IMG/VR virus record: IMGVR_UViG_3300032229_000759
Span: 32,001-96,000 of that record
Source: a virus
Length of the DNA stretch: 64,000 nt
Reading direction: 5' to 3' (one strand)
Below the pieces are notes generated by a model. It was not told the DNA's origin. It saw nothing but the letters and a program-made list of their open reading frames with translations, and did no database searches. This document shows positions 60,372-64,000 of the stretch, piece after piece. Position 1 is the stretch's first letter, and every line of letters starts with the position of its first letter. The position numbers and the translations under genes were made by a program.

Positions 60372-60378
60372 ATACACC
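60372..60378 (-). promoter_or_regulatory. Intergenic GGTGTAT motif
   Basis: - strand reads GGTGTATTATAATATA, followed by an AAGGAG Shine-Dalgarno. Confidence 0.5.
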
Positions 60379-60397
60379 ATTAATAGCAGTCTAATAA

Positions 60398-61324
60398 TTA
60401 TAGATAATCATCAAATCCGTAGTCTGGTAGTTTTTGTACAGGAAAGCCGTCAAAGTTGCTAAATGCGTATGCTCCGTTTTGAGCCAGCATACCTTTTGCT
60501 ACATCTGCATGGATTAAAAAAGAACCGTCTGGGATAGGACCCCAATCTGGATGTCCACCGTCGTTCCATTTACCCCAACTGTTTTGAACCAGGAATGCTA
60601 ATTCTCCATTAGTATCATCGCATGCTGTCCATGCCATAGCATGTGCCCATGAGCCAGACTGTTTAGCAAAACCTTTTTTATCTCGTGTGCTACTGAATCC
60701 ATAACTAGAACAAACACTTAATCCATAACCATTAGCTAAAGCGTCTCGTGCTTCTTCTACTGTTCTTACAAGACTGACTGTTTTTATTTGATGGTCATTT
60801 GCTAAATCTATAACGGGGTCTGGCAATCCTCGACCACCCCATCCTGCTCCAAGCATACCTTGATACTTAGAAAGATCTACAACGCCCTTATAGTTTTTCC
60901 TTACTAAAACACCACCATACTTACTCACAAACTCTGCTGCTCTAGCACAACTCATACCCTGTCCGCCGTGTCCACGAGCACCGTAAATCCCCTCTGTTGC
61001 GCCCCTGGCTATCCAACTCTCTCTATCTGCATGAACATCAATTTCTACTGCTCGACTAATATCACAAGCGTTTCGTGTAGCATGTGAAACACAATCTCCA
61101 GTAACTTGTCTTTCATTATAAGGATGTTTATCAAACTTTAAAACACTCTTATAGGGGGTTGACAACTTGCCTTTTCCTGTGCCGCTTACTCTTCTGCTAG
61201 CATCACCAAATAATGGATATTTAGACACCTCCATTAAATGGTCATATACGTGAGGCTCCCAAAGGCACCCGCTAAATCCTTGACGATACTGATCGTATAA
61301 TTCTTTTGGAGTAAAACGTGGCAT
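60398..61324 (-). CDS. Papain-like cysteine peptidase (C1 family), catalytic residues intact
   Basis: QVTGDCVSHA (Gln, Cys), WAHAM (His), LVQNSWG (Asn). Confidence 0.85.
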   Translation of the reverse strand: MPRFTPKELYDQYRQGFSGCLWEPHVYDHLMEVSKYPLFGDASRRVSGTGKGKLSTPYKSVLKFDKHPYNERQVTGDCVSHATRNACDISRAVEIDVHADRESWIARGATEGIYGARGHGGQGMSCARAAEFVSKYGGVLVRKNYKGVVDLSKYQGMLGAGWGGRGLPDPVIDLANDHQIKTVSLVRTVEEARDALANGYGLSVCSSYGFSSTRDKKGFAKQSGSWAHAMAWTACDDTNGELAFLVQNSWGKWNDGGHPDWGPIPDGSFLIHADVAKGMLAQNGAYAFSNFDGFPVQKLPDYGFDDYL

Positions 61325-61815
61325 TATTTACTAGCCTCATTATAAGCCCAGGCTAAAGCATTAAAACCCTCTACTGCCTTAACTCTTAGGTTAGAAGTTA
61401 AATTAATGTTATCATCCCCGATACTTGCTACAATAACTTCTTTAGCTTCTTTGGGTAGATCAGCATACTTACCCTTGATGTCTAATCGTAGCATAACACC
61501 GGCTATGCTATTAGCTTGACGAATTTCATCAGTATTTTTGATTACTAAATCTTCACCATCTAGTTGTACTAATCGGCCCAAATCTATGCTTAAGTCTCGT
61601 AATCTTTTGAAATCGTTTTTTGAACCATTAGAAGCTTTTAACAAATTAATTACGTCTTGTGCTTCTTTCTTAACATTTTCATCTGATGGAGATACCAATT
61701 CCATGACATCTATATTAGTAGGATTATTATTTCCTCTTAAAAAATTCAAATCAAATTTAGACAAGCCTAATATGATTAGTAGACCAGCAATCGCTAGAAT
61801 AATTTTATTATTCAT
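61324..61815 (-). CDS. Signal-anchored helical protein
   Basis: MNNKIILAIAGLLIILGL N-terminus; TAATG-coupled to the peptidase. Confidence 0.6.
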   Translation of the reverse strand: MNNKIILAIAGLLIILGLSKFDLNFLRGNNNPTNIDVMELVSPSDENVKKEAQDVINLLKASNGSKNDFKRLRDLSIDLGRLVQLDGEDLVIKNTDEIRQANSIAGVMLRLDIKGKYADLPKEAKEVIVASIGDDNINLTSNLRVKAVEGFNALAWAYNEASK

Positions 61816-62186
61816 TTGACTTCACCTTCTTTATTGGCACAGATCGTGGGACTAAGATAGGGAAACATTTGATCAGCAACCTTCACGGCTTCTGCACAAC
61901 CATTTTGTACTGCTAGGTCTCTGGTCTGTTTCCAGCTTACGACTAATTTAAAAAATGTATCTTCGTTGATTTTAGAAGCTACATTATCAAAAGCTACTGG
62001 TGGAATGGTAGGAGTTATTGACTTAATGCCCTTAAACTTATCAACCAAATCCGCTACTAGTTTTTGAACTGGACTGAGTTTATCTTTAAATAAAACCCAT
62101 AGTACTAAGCCCATACCGGCATATAGGGCTAGGTCTGTGCCACTCACCCTGCTACTAAACTCTTGAAAGCTTTCTGTAAAATTCAT
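61812..62186 (-). CDS. Single-pass membrane protein
   Basis: TM segment LALYAGMGLVLWVLF. Confidence 0.55.
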   Translation of the reverse strand: MNFTESFQEFSSRVSGTDLALYAGMGLVLWVLFKDKLSPVQKLVADLVDKFKGIKSITPTIPPVAFDNVASKINEDTFFKLVVSWKQTRDLAVQNGCAEAVKVADQMFPYLSPTICANKEGEVK

Positions 62187-62200
62187 TAGATTATTCCTTA

Positions 62201-62629
62201 TTATTTTTCTGATATTCTGGGTTTAACATTAACAAATGCGTTAGCTTTTATAGCCGGATCAACAAATACGCCAGTATTTCTAAAAGTAGTTACCATCGCG
62301 TCAATTGTGGAACTTACCAAAATCATAAGAAATGCTTTGACATACTTATGTATAATAGGTTCTAAGAGATTTGGCACAAAGGGAATATCTACTACTATAA
62401 AAACACTATCATAGAACTTATTCAATAATTCCATAGCGATAGCTTTTTTATCTTTACCAGCTAAATCTGACGACGTACTTTCTATGGTCTGAATAATACT
62501 AGCAACAGCTAATTGCAAAATTTTCCATGCTTGAGCTAAAGCTACAACTTTAATTTCATTCAGAGATATTTTTGCTTGATTTATTAGTTTTTCTAGTTCT
62601 AGGTTTATTGCTTCTTTTACTGTTAACAT
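62201..62629 (-). CDS. Hypothetical protein, possibly holin-like
   Basis: AGKDKKAIA motif and amphipathic helices, reminiscent of LL-H-type holins. Confidence 0.4.
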   Translation of the reverse strand: MLTVKEAINLELEKLINQAKISLNEIKVVALAQAWKILQLAVASIIQTIESTSSDLAGKDKKAIAMELLNKFYDSVFIVVDIPFVPNLLEPIIHKYVKAFLMILVSSTIDAMVTTFRNTGVFVDPAIKANAFVNVKPRISEK

Positions 62630-62912
62630 CTTTTTTACTCCTATCGTTAATTTTATTTGCTATGTTTCGTTCTTGTTGACTTGCTGTATCCCACCAAGTT
62701 TTTTTAATTTCTTTTCTACTATTAATATACTTATATAATATTGCTAATTGACCACCAATCAAAATCATACTTTCAACACCATGACTGACATCACGAATAA
62801 GATCTTCTTTTTGGCTGTTCTCTCCTATTAAACCTATTAGATATAAACCACTAAAAATAAAGCTTACTGCTGTAAACCAGAATTCGCTTGTACGATAACC
62901 CGGCTTTACCAT
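62556..62912 (-). CDS. Putative holin
   Basis: KPGYRTSEFW, two TM helices and a very basic C-tail; GGAG Shine-Dalgarno. Confidence 0.55.
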   Translation of the reverse strand: MVKPGYRTSEFWFTAVSFIFSGLYLIGLIGENSQKEDLIRDVSHGVESMILIGGQLAILYKYINSRKEIKKTWWDTASQQERNIANKINDRSKKDVNSKRSNKPRTRKTNKSSKNISE

Positions 62913-62952
62913 ATTTAATCTCCCAAATGTTACATTATATAATAAACAAAAA

Positions 62953-63150
62953 TTATAAAGTATCTACTGATTTCACAAAAATACCATTATAGAATCTGTT
63001 GTCATATTTAGCTTCTATTCCACTCATTGCTGGATTATTTTTAACATAATAATTATATGTATTATATTTACCTGTAAATGTAGTAGTAGTTACCGAAGAA
63101 CCATTTTTAACTGGATTACCAGAAACTGCTGTTTTAATATCGTTTGCCAT
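62953..63150 (-). CDS. Small hypothetical protein
   Basis: 65-aa ORF filling a gap in the operon. Confidence 0.5.
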   Translation of the reverse strand: MANDIKTAVSGNPVKNGSSVTTTTFTGKYNTYNYYVKNNPAMSGIEAKYDNRFYNGIFVKSVDTL

Positions 63151-63155
63151 AAAAT

Positions 63156-63473
63156 TTACCTTTCTATTCTATCTTCTAGGGCTTCTAAAGTTTTACCAAG
63201 AGTTGCTATTTGAATTTTAAGCTCGTTCATGACTTCTGTATTACGTTGTAGTGCATTTGCAAAAACTGTTTGATTTTCTTTATTACTATTTAATCTTTCC
63301 ATAATAAATTGTCTATCGTGTAAATAGGGAGATTGAGTTTCTATCATATGAGTTACTTCTGTTTTTGTAGCCATATTTTTACCAATAGACACCCAAAAAC
63401 CAACCATTGTTACAATAATACCAATGCTTGTTGTTGCTATGTTTTCCCAAAAATGTATGATTGTATCACTCAT
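63156..63473 (-). CDS. TM + coiled-coil protein (XhlA/holin-accessory-like)
   Basis: N-terminal TM IGIIVTMVGFWVSIG; C-terminal heptad repeats; GGAG Shine-Dalgarno. Confidence 0.55.
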   Translation of the reverse strand: MSDTIIHFWENIATTSIGIIVTMVGFWVSIGKNMATKTEVTHMIETQSPYLHDRQFIMERLNSNKENQTVFANALQRNTEVMNELKIQIATLGKTLEALEDRIER

Positions 63474-63490
63474 AAATTTTCTCCATAAGA

Positions 63491-63527
63491 ACTAAAAGCC
63501 AACGACACTCAAGGCATCATTGGCTTT
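63491..63527 (-). terminator. Intrinsic terminator-like hairpin
   Basis: - strand AAAGCCAATGATGC-CTTGA-GTGTCGTTGGCTTT (14-bp stem with G-U pairs), then TAGTT. Confidence 0.65.
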
Positions 63528-63554
63528 AAGTTAGCTTATTAGTTGTTAATAAAT

Positions 63555-64000
63555 TCAGCCAGTTTTAGCCTTGTAATCATTACCTGTTACTGGGGCGGGT
63601 TGGCCTAACTTATAAGTTAATTGACCAGGAACAGCACGACTTGGTGTTGCTGCTGTGTCTGTTGCTAAAGAATCTGTAGCCACAACAGGGAAACCATTAT
63701 CAAACTGACCAGTATATCTGTTATACTTGTTAGCTCTAATAGCTGTTGTAAATCTACGGGTTCTTAACGTTTCTAACTTATGAATACTTCTGACTAAAGC
63801 GGGTACATTGGCACCTGATAATAGTGCTGTGTTGCTTACTCCGCCTATTGTAGATGTGGTTCTCATAGCGACCCCATCTCTATCTCCGTATGCAAAAGCG
63901 CCTCCAGATACAGCTTTATCAGCCGAGCCGTTATCAATTACTGTCGATGCAAAAACGCCTGTGTTGTAGCGAGAAACACCTACATTAGTAAGTTTACCAG
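63555..64000 (-). CDS. Hypothetical, likely virion protein (5'-truncated by window)
   Basis: Frame open from 63998 through the annotated ATG at 63866; A/T/G-rich; followed by a terminator. Confidence 0.55.
   Translation of the reverse strand, partial: GKLTNVGVSRYNTGVFASTVIDNGSADKAVSGGAFAYGDRDGVAMRTTSTIGGVSNTALLSGANVPALVRSIHKLETLRTRRFTTAIRANKYNRYTGQFDNGFPVVATDSLATDTAATPSRAVPGQLTYKLGQPAPVTGNDYKAKTG

Noticed and set aside
1-64000. Stop-codon reassignment, diversity-generating retroelement, tRNA genes
   Set aside because: Genes are full-length under the standard code and TAA, TGA and TAG all end genes. No reverse transcriptase or template/variable repeat pair was seen, and no intergenic gap shows a cloverleaf.

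Overview
This is an AT-rich, very gene-dense segment of a large tailed dsDNA phage read with the standard genetic code. I found no tRNA, CRISPR array, integrase or IS element. Positions 1-22063 (+) form a tail module: the C-terminal part of a tape-measure protein, a beta-helix fibre-like protein, two tail/hub-like proteins, a ~2700-aa cysteine-rich giant protein and a small Cys-rich partner. Positions 22050-64000 are all on the - strand. They hold (i) a YfaP-like membrane protein, a Sak-like annealing protein and an endonuclease; (ii) glyco-cluster 1, with two intact GT4 enzymes plus several degenerate enzyme folds; (iii) a replication/recombination block (SSB, a DnaE split into two intein-free genes around a DEDDh exonuclease, Cas4/AddB-like nuclease, dNMP kinase, primase, DnaB, UvsY-like protein, RecA); (iv) HNH, PhoH, dUTPase and a class II RNR; (v) glyco-cluster 2 (epimerase, GT2s, two methyltransferases) and dCMP deaminase; (vi) a beta-solenoid repeat protein; and (vii) a membrane-protein/holin-like cassette around an intact papain-like C1 peptidase, plus a Cys-rich paralogue lacking the catalytic Cys. 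The best candidates for undescribed biology are the C1 protease/pseudoprotease lysis-like cassette, the intein-free split DnaE, the pseudoenzyme-rich glycosylation cluster and a recurrent intergenic RGTGTAT motif. Some features hint at a Planctomycetota host (inference only). All family calls come from reading motifs by eye; no database searches were run.
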